Shown here piece by piece: positions 1 to 8,430 of a stretch of DNA of 62,317 bases. The position numbers and the translations under genes were made by a program. How positions within the stretch are numbered: the stretch's first letter is position 1; each line of letters starts with the position of its first letter. The stretch comes from an uncultured Candidatus Saccharibacteria bacterium (GTDB lineage Bacteria > Patescibacteriota > Minisyncoccia > Phycocordibacterales > WO2-35-19), in NCBI GenBank assembly GCA_964392285.1, contig CAYMOW010000003.1, forward strand, positions 1 through 62,317. The letters are read 5' to 3'. Below the pieces are notes generated by a model. It made no database searches. It had not been told where the DNA came from and saw nothing but the letters and a program-made list of their open reading frames with translations.

Positions 1-3000
1 GTCGTCCCGATGCCGACGTTGCCGCCGACTGGGTTGAGTGCCAAAGCGCGTAGAGCAACACCACTTTCGACTGATTGTATCCACGAATGCATCGTCGACG
101 AAGTGTCCACCCCGAATGCGAGACGCTGTCCCGGGTTCGTACTGCTTATGGCAAAGCGACCCAATTCTCCGCTTGCCGCAAGAGATGCGCCTGCAATATG
201 GAGTGTTGTAATCGGACTCGTCGTCCCGATGCCGACGTTGCCATTCTGTTGAACAGTGATAACCGGTGTGGCCCCACTGGAGATATTAAACCTGTTTGTA
301 TCATCTTTATTAACCTGCCAAACTGTCGACCCTCTGTCCATAAAATCAATAACGGAATATGCCACTACTGCTCCTGTCCCAGAGTCAATCTGGACACGGC
401 TATTACTAGTATTGCTAACTTTTACATACCCTTGTGCAACATTTAACAGTGCCCCCGGACTCGCCGTGCCAATACCAACATTGTTTGTTGAATAGTCATA
501 AACAAAACCAGAAGTTTCGATGGCGAGGCCACCAGAAATTGTAGAGGTGGCGGCAGTTGAAGTGGCGTTGAAGTATCCGAATGTCGGAGCTGATGTAGCA
601 ACAACTGCACCTGAGGCGTTGGTGGAAAGAAGTGAGTTGATTGCGACTGATGAGAGTGTGAGCGAAGGAGTGGTGATTGATGAGGTGGCGATAAATTGAG
701 AAGCTGTCACGATGCCGCCGTCAAAGTATCCCGAGCCAGTGACGCTGAGTTTGTATCCCGGAGTAGAGGAGCCAATTCCAAAGTTGCCACTATTTAATAC
801 TGTAACCAAACTGGTCCCGAAAGCATTATTGAGTATCTGCAAATTTGTAGAACCAGATGAAAGATATGTTGTTCCTGAACCATTATTTCCAATCAAAACA
901 TTTCCTCCATGTCTTAAGTATCTTGCTGCCCCGCTGTCTAAATTAATATCACCTACCACATCTAATTTTTGGATAGGATTTGTAGTGCCGATGCCAACGT
1001 TGCCTCCGTTCAGATATGAGCTTCCGTTAGCACGAACATGAACTGCTGTCGTTGCAGCATTAAAGAGCTGGAACTCTCCCTGGCCCGTGTCTCTTTCTGT
1101 AAGAAACGCCACGCGAGTGCCGGCGGCATTATAAAGTTCAATACCACCAGTAAATGCACCGGCTGACTTGAATCGACCTGTGCCCGCGACGTCAAGCAAA
1201 ACAGCTGGACTCGCGGTCCCAATTCCAACATTCCCACCTGTGGTAGCAAGATATGTCGAACCGGTGGCAGTGAGACCTGCGACACGGAGGTTGCCGGTGA
1301 TAGCTGCGTCACCGACCACCGAGAGTTTGGCGTATGGTGAGGTGGTGCCGATGCCGACGTTGCCGGTGCTTGTTATCCTCATCCCCTCAGAACCCGCCGC
1401 AACAAGCCTTAAAGAATCGTCACTATGCTCGTAATTAACTTGACCTCTATAACCTGCTGTACCATTACCATCTCCAAAAAGTAAAAATCCTGTGTTAGAT
1501 GCACCAGAAATAATCTGGATGGCTGCATCGCCGCCAGTATTTTGCGCAGTTACAATCGAGGCCGAATAAGGAGTTACGCTTCCAGTTATGCGAACATCAA
1601 GTTTTGACTCAGGAGAAGTTGTTCCAATACCTACATTTCCCCCACCCAATATTGTAAATCTTTCTGATGAGAAGTTGTTAATTGTGAATAATTTAGAGTT
1701 TGTTCCCACTGCCGTACCTGCCGTTCCCGATTTTTTTCCACCCTGCAATGAAATTGCGGCAGAATTCGCGGCAGTTACATCATCTGAAACGAAACCACGC
1801 AAAACAAGTGCTGAACCAGCATTATCATCACGAATACCCCAAATATCCAGACCGCCCGCTGTTCCACTTAAAGGACTGAATTTTCCATAAGCATTTGTCG
1901 CCGCATAACCAGTAATACCGTGGTCCACATCACCGTCGGTAAGATAAATTTCTCCGTTATAAACATCCAATTTCGCCCCCGGACTCGTTGTCCCGATACC
2001 GACGTTGCCGTTTGTTGCTATTCTCATTCCCGTTGACCCTCCAACCTGAACAGCATAATTATTTGTTGCAATATTATAAAGATTGTTGCTATCCATCCAA
2101 ATTAAATTCCGAATCGTTCCACCTGTATCTTTTTGAGTCAAAGCCCAGTTGCTATCCAAAAGTATAGCTCCGCCACTAACATGCAATTTTGCCCCCGGCC
2201 CCGTCGTCCCAATCCCCACATTCCCACCTTGTTTGACAAAGAGGGTGTTGCCAGCAGCGAAGTCACCGGTGGTGGTAGCGGAGCCGACGATGGTGGAAGA
2301 TGCGGTGGAGAGGAAGCCGTTGAGCATACCGATGGTGGTGGAAGTGGAGACACCCCAAGTTTGTGGAGTGAAGGGCCATGCGTAGTTAGTGAAGCCCTGG
2401 TCATTGTTGAACCAGGAGAGGTTAATAGATGATGAGGCGATTGAATTGAGTCTGCCACCAGTACCGAGATATGCGAAGCCTTGTGATAGACCAGAGAATG
2501 TAGCTGTGCCTGTGGCAGTGAAGTTTGCAGTGTTGAGGTTAGAAGTGAAGACACCGTCACCGACGACAGAGAGTTTGGCGTATGGCGAGGTGGTGCCGAT
2601 GCCGACGTTGCCGGTGTTATCAATTCTCATTCGTTCTACCGTAGTCCCTGAACCTCTCGTCAAAAATGTCAAAGCCCCGTCTGTCGTGGCAGAATAGGCA
2701 GTCAAACTGATTCCTCTTATTGCCGCCCATTGGATTGCAGATGTTGGTCCAAAATCAATTTGTCCAGCAGCATTCCCGTTATTCGTCAATGAATTAATCA
2801 GTTGCAATTTTGCTGGAGTATCCGTAGTAATGCTATTAATTCCCACAACCCCTAGCGAATTAAGACTCATAACCGTATTGTTTGCCGAAGGACCAGTCGC
2901 GAGCTCAAAGTTCATTGTGGTATCTGCAGGTGTGCCACTAATACTATTGCTTATTTTATTAAGATAAGTTGTAGGAATGTCAGATCGATTGAAAATAAGA

Positions 3001-5264
3001 ACATTTTCTCTTGTCGCATAGGAGACGGCACTAACAGATGTACCGACTTGAATTGCCCCACTCACCACTTGTAATTTATTCACAGGTGCGGCGGTCCCAA
3101 TACCCACATTGTTTGTCGAGTAGTCGTAGACGAAGCCAGAGCCTTCGATTGCAAGACCGCCAGCGATTGTTGATGTAGCAGCGGTTGAGGTGGCATTGAA
3201 TCTGCCAAAGGTTGGAACGGACGTAGCAGTGATCACACCAGAAGCATCGGTTGAAAGCAGAGAGTTGATTGCAACTGATGAGAGAGTAAGTGAAGGTGTG
3301 GTGATACTTGATGTTGCAGTGAATGTCGAAGCAAGCACATCACCACCGGTGAAGACTCCTGAGCCTCCGACGGAGAGTGTGCGGTATGGTGAGGTGGTGC
3401 CGATGCCGACGTTGCCACCAGCTGTTGCAAAGTATGCAGAACCAGATGAAGTGAGTGCTGTGGTGGAAGCATAGGTGAAGTTGGAAGTAGATGAAGCGTT
3501 GATACCACCTCGAGCCCATATAGGCATAGTAGTAGTTGGCGCAATATTTAATGCCCCAAAATTGTTTAAGAATGTCCAATCATAGTTGGTTAGGTTCGAG
3601 ATTCCCGCTTGAACGGTTAGCGCGCCAGATGTGTTGACCAAACCAGAACCAGTGAAATCGGTCAGGTACTCACTACCAAGACCAAGAGTGCTTGTATAAA
3701 GAGAGGTCGAAGTAGCGTGAGCGAGAGTCGTGCTGCCATTTACATTCAAAGTGCCGGTAGCGGTGATGTTGCTTGCAGTTAGGTTGCGGGTAATGAACCC
3801 GTCACCAACTACCGAAAGACTAGCGAACGGACTTGAGGTGCCGATGCCGACGTTGCCGCTAGTGCGCCAAACACTTGTGCCGTCGGTCGTCCAGTTGCCT
3901 ACACTAGCACCCCCCAAAAGCGAACCATTCCAATAGAGGTCGCCACTGTTGGTATTGTAAAGTCTGTAAGTGGTGCTTGCCGGAGCTGGGTTGTTGCCAA
4001 GATAAAGCGCGCCATCGAGAGTCAGGGCTTCGTAATTGGTAGTGGTGCCGATGTTGAGCCATTCGGTCACAGTGAGGTCAGCCATTGTGCTCGAACCAGT
4101 AAAGCTCGCCGTGCTCGAGACCGAAAGAGTGGTAAGACCGGCCGAACCAGCAAAAGAAGAATTGCCACTGATTGTAACATCGCTCAAGTTCGTAATCGGC
4201 CGACTCAGAGTATCGACAATGCTATCGTTTTGGTTGGTGATATAGTAGCGAGTAACATTTGGCGCGGTTGGGCTGGTCAGAAAATAATTTTTGAGTTCTG
4301 CAATCTTCTGATCAACATAACTTCTGTCCGAACTTTCTACTACAAATGTTTTGGAAACAATATTTTGTCCATTTTTCTCATCACGACCCATCACTCTTGA
4401 ATTTGGATTTTGGATGAATTTTTGCTCGCCTATTTTTGCAATCCAACTTTCTCTAATCCACGGCATAGCAATTTTCTTTGCCGTATCCGCAAACCAATCA
4501 GAAATTTTTTCCCAACCCAAAAAGACAGAACCCGTGAGTATCGAGTTATCACCAAGCAAAATACTACGACCAAAATTATTTTTATCCAGACCAAATTGTC
4601 CGGCTACCGACTCGCCATACAAATTCCAAATATTTTCAACTTCTTGCCCGACACTGGTCGGACTCAATTCTTTGGCCTTTTCAAAATCAATATTTCCGAC
4701 GTTCGCAAAACTCCAAAACACGAGAGCAAACATCAATAGAGTGGAAACCCCTAAAGCAAACTTATCTACCAAAGATTTTGAAGGTTTTTTGTTAAGGCTA
4801 TTTTTGAGCGCTTGCAAAGCCTCATAACGCCCTCTGTCCACATCAAACTTCTTCAGAGGCTTTACAAAAAGAGGTGCTTCATCCTTTATGTAGAGTATTT
4901 TATCTGGTTTAATCTCGGCTTTCCGAGATTGATTATTATCAAGCCCCAGCACAAAATAATGATTTTTCTCGCCTGATTCGCTTAATCTTTTACTTTTCTT
5001 TTTATTTTGATCAGGAACATTTTCTTCATTTTGAAGATCGACTGATTTATTTTTGTTTTCTTTTTTTGTCGTTTTAAGATGATTTAATTTCTTATGATTC
5101 AAAACTTCATCTCTATCAACATACCAACTTCGACCAACAAGAGTGCCGGAGATTTTTTTCGCACGAATAAGCTGGCCAACATAGTCACTGGAGTAACCTG
5201 AAATCTCGGCAGCTCGTTTTGCCGAGATAAACTTTTTTCCATTGAGATCCAGTTCTTTTTCCAC
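1..5264 (-). CDS. Giant (>1750 aa) membrane-anchored surface protein; its 3' end runs off the window. It has an N-terminal excisionase/MerR-like HTH and one TM segment. A long repetitive region follows, with at least 13 GNVGIGT(T/S)xP tail-fibre-like motifs.
   Basis: My own minus-strand translation starts at GTG 5264, with an in-frame TAG at 5270-5268 immediately upstream. It reads VEKELDLNGKKFISAKRAAEISGYSSDYVGQLIRAKKISGTLVGRSWYVDRDEV... then the hydrophobic stretch FALGVSTLLMFALVFWSF. Repeated ...GNVGIGTTSPYAKLSVVGD... blocks follow. This frame has no ORF-track entry because it meets no stop before position 1. The frame at position 1-26 (GGNVGIGTT) matches the frame at 5264. The + strand VVPMPTLP/VVPIPTFP mini-ORFs in the track are the reverse complement of GNVGIGTT. 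Confidence 0.8.
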   Translation of the reverse strand, partial: MEKELDLNGKKFISAKRAAEISGYSSDYVGQLIRAKKISGTLVGRSWYVDRDEVLNHKKLNHLKTTKKENKNKSVDLQNEENVPDQNKKKSKRLSESGEKNHYFVLGLDNNQSRKAEIKPDKILYIKDEAPLFVKPLKKFDVDRGRYEALQALKNSLNKKPSKSLVDKFALGVSTLLMFALVFWSFANVGNIDFEKAKELSPTSVGQEVENIWNLYGESVAGQFGLDKNNFGRSILLGDNSILTGSVFLGWEKISDWFADTAKKIAMPWIRESWIAKIGEQKFIQNPNSRVMGRDEKNGQNIVSKTFVVESSDRSYVDQKIAELKNYFLTSPTAPNVTRYYITNQNDSIVDTLSRPITNLSDVTISGNSSFAGSAGLTTLSVSSTASFTGSSTMADLTVTEWLNIGTTTNYEALTLDGALYLGNNPAPASTTYRLYNTNSGDLYWNGSLLGGASVGNWTTDGTSVWRTSGNVGIGTSSPFASLSVVGDGFITRNLTASNITATGTLNVNGSTTLAHATSTSLYTSTLGLGSEYLTDFTGSGLVNTSGALTVQAGISNLTNYDWTFLNNFGALNIAPTTTMPIWARGGINASSTSNFTYASTTALTSSGSAYFATAGGNVGIGTTSPYRTLSVGGSGVFTGGDVLASTFTATSSITTPSLTLSSVAINSLLSTDASGVITATSVPTFGRFNATSTAATSTIAGGLAIEGSGFVYDYSTNNVGIGTAAPVNKLQVVSGAIQVGTSVSAVSYATRENVLIFNRSDIPTTYLNKISNSISGTPADTTMNFELATGPSANNTVMSLNSLGVVGINSITTDTPAKLQLINSLTNNGNAAGQIDFGPTSAIQWAAIRGISLTAYSATTDGALTFLTRGSGTTVERMRIDNTGNVGIGTTSPYAKLSVVGDGVFTSNLNTANFTATGTATFSGLSQGFAYLGTGGRLNSIASSSINLSWFNNDQGFTNYAWPFTPQTWGVSTSTTIGMLNGFLSTASSTIVGSATTTGDFAAGNTLFVKQGGNVGIGTTGPGAKLHVSGGAILLDSNWALTQKDTGGTIRNLIWMDSNNLYNIATNNYAVQVGGSTGMRIATNGNVGIGTTSPGAKLDVYNGEIYLTDGDVDHGITGYAATNAYGKFSPLSGTAGGLDIWGIRDDNAGSALVLRGFVSDDVTAANSAAISLQGGKKSGTAGTAVGTNSKLFTINNFSSERFTILGGGNVGIGTTSPESKLDVRITGSVTPYSASIVTAQNTGGDAAIQIISGASNTGFLLFGDGNGTAGYRGQVNYEHSDDSLRLVAAGSEGMRITSTGNVGIGTTSPYAKLSVVGDAAITGNLRVAGLTATGSTYLATTGGNVGIGTASPAVLLDVAGTGRFKSAGAFTGGIELYNAAGTRVAFLTERDTGQGEFQLFNAATTAVHVRANGSSYLNGGNVGIGTTNPIQKLDVVGDINLDSGAARYLRHGGNVLIGNNGSGTTYLSSGSTNLQILNNAFGTSLVTVLNSGNFGIGSSTPGYKLSVTGSGYFDGGIVTASQFIATSSITTPSLTLSSVAINSLLSTNASGAVVATSAPTFGYFNATSTAATSTISGGLAIETSGFVYDYSTNNVGIGTASPGALLNVAQGYVKVSNTSNSRVQIDSGTGAVVAYSVIDFMDRGSTVWQVNKDDTNRFNISSGATPVITVQQNGNVGIGTTSPITTLHIAGASLAASGELGRFAISSTNPGQRLAFGVDTSSTMHSWIQSVESGVALRALALNPVGGNVGIGT

Positions 5265-5666
5265 AATCTAATTATATAATCTCGGCAAGAGATTTTTTAT
5301 AAAAAGTGTGGATAAAAGAGCAAAAATTTTTTTAAAAAACAAAAAATTAAATTTTGCAAAATTACTAGTTTTTTCAGAATAAAAATATCGGCAATTCCCT
5401 TTCAAGAAATTTTATGAAGCAAAAGCCTATAAAAAATAAAATAATTGAACTTTGGGTGTATAATGAGCCAAGCTTTAGTGTATAATCAAATCCATAGATT
5501 TGGGTTTTTAGATCTGATTATAATTTTATCAAAAATCTAGAACATTACAAACTTTTCATATTTATTAATAAATTTAGTTATCCACTTTGTAATCTTTATT
5601 AATGTTTATGTATGTTATACTTTTACCAGTAACAGTGTTAGTTAACTATATTTAAGACTCAAATAT

Positions 5667-5912
5667 ATGAACGAAAACAACTTTATAACAATCAAAGACG
5701 CGGCCCAGATCCTCGGAGTTTCCAAACTCACCCTTCGCAATTGGGACAACCAAGGCAAGCTCAAGGCCTATCGCCACCCTTTCAACAACTACCGGATCTA
5801 CAAAATCTCCGACATTGACAAAGTTATAGAAATGATGAATAGCGATGTTGAGGTTGCCAAACAGAAAAAAGACGCTGTTCGCAAGCTCTCAGTTCTACAC
5901 CTTTCGGACTAG
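5667..5912 (+). CDS. Small MerR/excisionase-type helix-turn-helix DNA-binding protein (81 aa)
   Basis: The ORF reads ITIKDAAQILGVSKLTLRNWDNQGKLKAYRHPFNNYRIYKISDIDKV, a typical HTH_17/MerR-like N-terminal pattern. It is divergent from the giant gene across a 400-bp AT-rich spacer. Confidence 0.7.
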   Translation: MNENNFITIKDAAQILGVSKLTLRNWDNQGKLKAYRHPFNNYRIYKISDIDKVIEMMNSDVEVAKQKKDAVRKLSVLHLSD

Positions 5913-6468
5913 ATTTCTTAAACTGGATTCTAGATTTTCTAAATATTTCCAAAAGATTTAAGATCATCTCGAATACCAAATCAAAATATAGAGTAATTTG
6001 GAAGTTCAATAAAATCCATAGACCCCAAGAGCTTCAAAAAGTTTAGGTTCTAAAAAACAAATCCTCCATCAAAGCCAGCTTAAGAGATCGAAACAATACG
6101 CTCACTTCCAGTAACAAACAAACCAGGGCGAGAAAAGACCAAACCCTTCTCACTCGGCCAAACACAATTTCTAAAATTAAAGACTTTCAGAAAAGATAGG
6201 TTCCCTCCTCATCCAAGATAGACCAAGCACAACCAAACACTCCACCCCAAAACACCAAAAGTCTGCCGAGCCACCAAACCGAAGTCGCGAACTTTTAAAA
6301 ATCGGGTCCAAAACAGCTCACAAACCACCTGATTCCAAACCATATTATACCACAAAACTTGCCTTGGTTTAATATCCAACGCTCGGCGTTGAATATCTAA
6401 CCCTGGGCAACTGATGTTATCCCCAAGACTTTCAAACAAGCCACACCTCGCCCTGCTATACTGAACTT

Positions 6469-6996
6469 ATGAGATTTTTAGAATTCAAAGAGAACAAAAC
6501 TTACTTCATCCGGGTCGCTGGTCCAGAGGAGCGACAAATTTTTAAAACAGATGAAGACAAAGCTCGTCTACTTTTTCTTGTCCTCTATCTTCAGTCCCCT
6601 ATTCCGATCTACAACACCACTTGGTACAGCCGAAGCTTCCTAAAGAAAGGTCGCTTCCCTACCATAGCCAAAGAAAAACAGATACTCAAAAACCGCAGTG
6701 TCGAACTTTTGGCTTTTGCCATCCTCGAAAACGAGCTCCTGCTTTTGGTTAGAAATATCTCTTTTGGCGCAGTCACGGTTTATATGCACAGAGCACTAAC
6801 CAGCTTTGCCAAATATTTCAATGCCAAAAACAGAGCTCGCGGACACGTCTTTGCTGGACCATTTTTCGCCGAAGAAATCAAAGACAAAGCCGAACTAGAA
6901 AAAAAGAAAAACGAAATAACCAACCTCCGAAAGGATGGTTGGTCGAGCCATAGTGACAAGCAGAAAAACCGCTGGGGCGAGCTTTTGAAATGCTAG
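6469..6996 (+). CDS. IS200/RayT-like (Y1 HUH transposase fold) protein with a degenerate HUH motif and no C-terminal catalytic Tyr motif; probably inactive or domesticated
   Basis: Three family blocks are recognisable. YFIRVAGPEERQIF matches YHVxxRGNxxxxIF. VELLAFAILENELLLLV matches AYxLMxNHxHLLV, with both His lost. FAKYFNAKNRARGHVFAGPFFAEEIKD matches YxxxFNxxxxRxGHLFQGRFKSxxV. The YIHxNP-type tail is absent. Confidence 0.55.
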   Translation: MRFLEFKENKTYFIRVAGPEERQIFKTDEDKARLLFLVLYLQSPIPIYNTTWYSRSFLKKGRFPTIAKEKQILKNRSVELLAFAILENELLLLVRNISFGAVTVYMHRALTSFAKYFNAKNRARGHVFAGPFFAEEIKDKAELEKKKNEITNLRKDGWSSHSDKQKNRWGELLKC

Positions 6997-8417
6997 GCCA
7001 ACTTCTTCGACAAAAGCTCTTTGGCCAAGCTCGGATTGGCCGAACCTTTTGATTCCTTCATAGTTTGGCCGATCAAAAACTGCAAGGCCGAAGCCTTGCC
7101 GGACTTATATTCGGCCACAACAGCCTGATTTTGGGCCAAAACCCGATCGATAACCTGCTCTAGAAAATCCGAGTCATTACTTTGCAAAAGGCCATATTTT
7201 TCGGCCAAAATTCTGGGCTCCTCACCAGTTTCTAAAACCTTTGAGAGCAAGGTTTTGGCATTGAGAGAAGAGATTGCACCCTCGACCTGCATTGCCACTA
7301 TTTGGCTTAGGTTTTGAGATTTTAGGGAAGAAAGATCAACATCAAGACCGGCCACAACACTCGTAATAAAATTAGATAATGGTTGATAGTTAACAGGATC
7401 TAGATCCTGAGCCGATTCAACAAACAGATCTCCAAGTTTGGGATTATTGATATAAACTTCGATATCGCTTTCTTTTATAGCAAAGAGTTCTTTGAGCTTG
7501 GCTCGCTTCTGGTTTGGTGTTGTGGGCAGATTTTGGGCCAAGACTTCAGCAGTCAAATCCGGCAAGAGCGAGAAATCGAGCTTAGGCAAATCTGGATCGG
7601 GAAAGTAGCGGTAGTCGTGCGAATCTTCTTTGCTTCGTTGGGAAAAAGTAGTCTGTGTATTTTCGTCCCAACCCCGGGTTTCTTGGACTACCTTTTCGCC
7701 CTTTTCCAAAAGTTCTGCCTGGCGCTTGGCCTCAAAGGCAATCGCCCTTTCGACAGCTCTAAAAGAATTGAGGTTTTTGACTTCGACTTTGGTTCCTAAG
7801 GGGAGACCTTCGAAACTGTCCCCAAGGTCTCCCCTTAGGAACTGTACAGAAATATTGGCCTCGACGCGCATTTCGCCCTTCTCCATATTGGCTTCGGCTA
7901 CACCTAGATATTGCAAAAGAAGTTGGAGTTCCCGGCCAAAACGAGCAGCCTCTTCAGCCGTGTGTATTACAGGCTCGGTCACCAGCTCGAGGAGCGGCAC
8001 ACCTGCTCGATTGAAGTCGACCAGGCTCGAATCGCCACTATGAGTCGAGCGCGCCGTATCTTCTTCGAGGTGAACACGAGTGATCTTGATCCCGGAGAGC
8101 TCACCGCCAACAACCAGCGGGTATTTATACTGGCTGATCTGGTAGCCCTTGGGGATATCGGGGTAAAAGTAATTCTTGCGGTCAAACTCGGACTTTGTAG
8201 CCAGCTTGCCCCCGATCGCCACACCAACCTTGAGTATGCTGCGCACAGCCTCACGGTTGATCGTCGGCAAGGTGCCGGGGTGGCCAAGACAAATAGGACA
8301 AATATTAAAATTAGCCCGCTCTTCATCGGGGTCGTTCTTGCAAGCGCAAAACATTTTTGTTCGAGTCTTGAGTTCGGCGTGGACCTCAAGCCCGACTGTC
8401 AACTTGTATTCTGGCAT
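6993..8417 (-). CDS. gatB: Asp/Glu-tRNA amidotransferase subunit B
   Basis: The translation reads MPEYKLTVGLEVHAELKTRTKMFCACKNDPDEERANFNICPICLGHPGTLP..., and the C-terminal GatB/YqeY-like tail is present. The track ORF begins at TTG 8480 and would overlap the upstream gene. ATG 8417 gives a canonical 475-aa GatB. Confidence 0.9.
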   Translation of the reverse strand: MPEYKLTVGLEVHAELKTRTKMFCACKNDPDEERANFNICPICLGHPGTLPTINREAVRSILKVGVAIGGKLATKSEFDRKNYFYPDIPKGYQISQYKYPLVVGGELSGIKITRVHLEEDTARSTHSGDSSLVDFNRAGVPLLELVTEPVIHTAEEAARFGRELQLLLQYLGVAEANMEKGEMRVEANISVQFLRGDLGDSFEGLPLGTKVEVKNLNSFRAVERAIAFEAKRQAELLEKGEKVVQETRGWDENTQTTFSQRSKEDSHDYRYFPDPDLPKLDFSLLPDLTAEVLAQNLPTTPNQKRAKLKELFAIKESDIEVYINNPKLGDLFVESAQDLDPVNYQPLSNFITSVVAGLDVDLSSLKSQNLSQIVAMQVEGAISSLNAKTLLSKVLETGEEPRILAEKYGLLQSNDSDFLEQVIDRVLAQNQAVVAEYKSGKASALQFLIGQTMKESKGSANPSLAKELLSKKLA

Positions 8418-8430
8418 TGATAGCCTAAAT

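Noticed and set aside
10-4827. About twenty short + strand (and a few - strand) ORFs in the track, many containing VVPMPTLP or VVPIPTFP
   Set aside because: They are antisense or off-frame shadows of the single giant minus-strand ORF. VVPMPTLP is simply the reverse-complement reading of GNVGIGTT, and none has independent start signals.
5913-6468. The C/A-rich 550-bp ORF-free stretch, considered as a pseudogene or a 5' extension of the RayT-like gene
   Set aside because: All frames are interrupted by stops. The longest stop-free run (about 6200-6380) has no start codon and no recognisable similarity. I cannot support a coding call.
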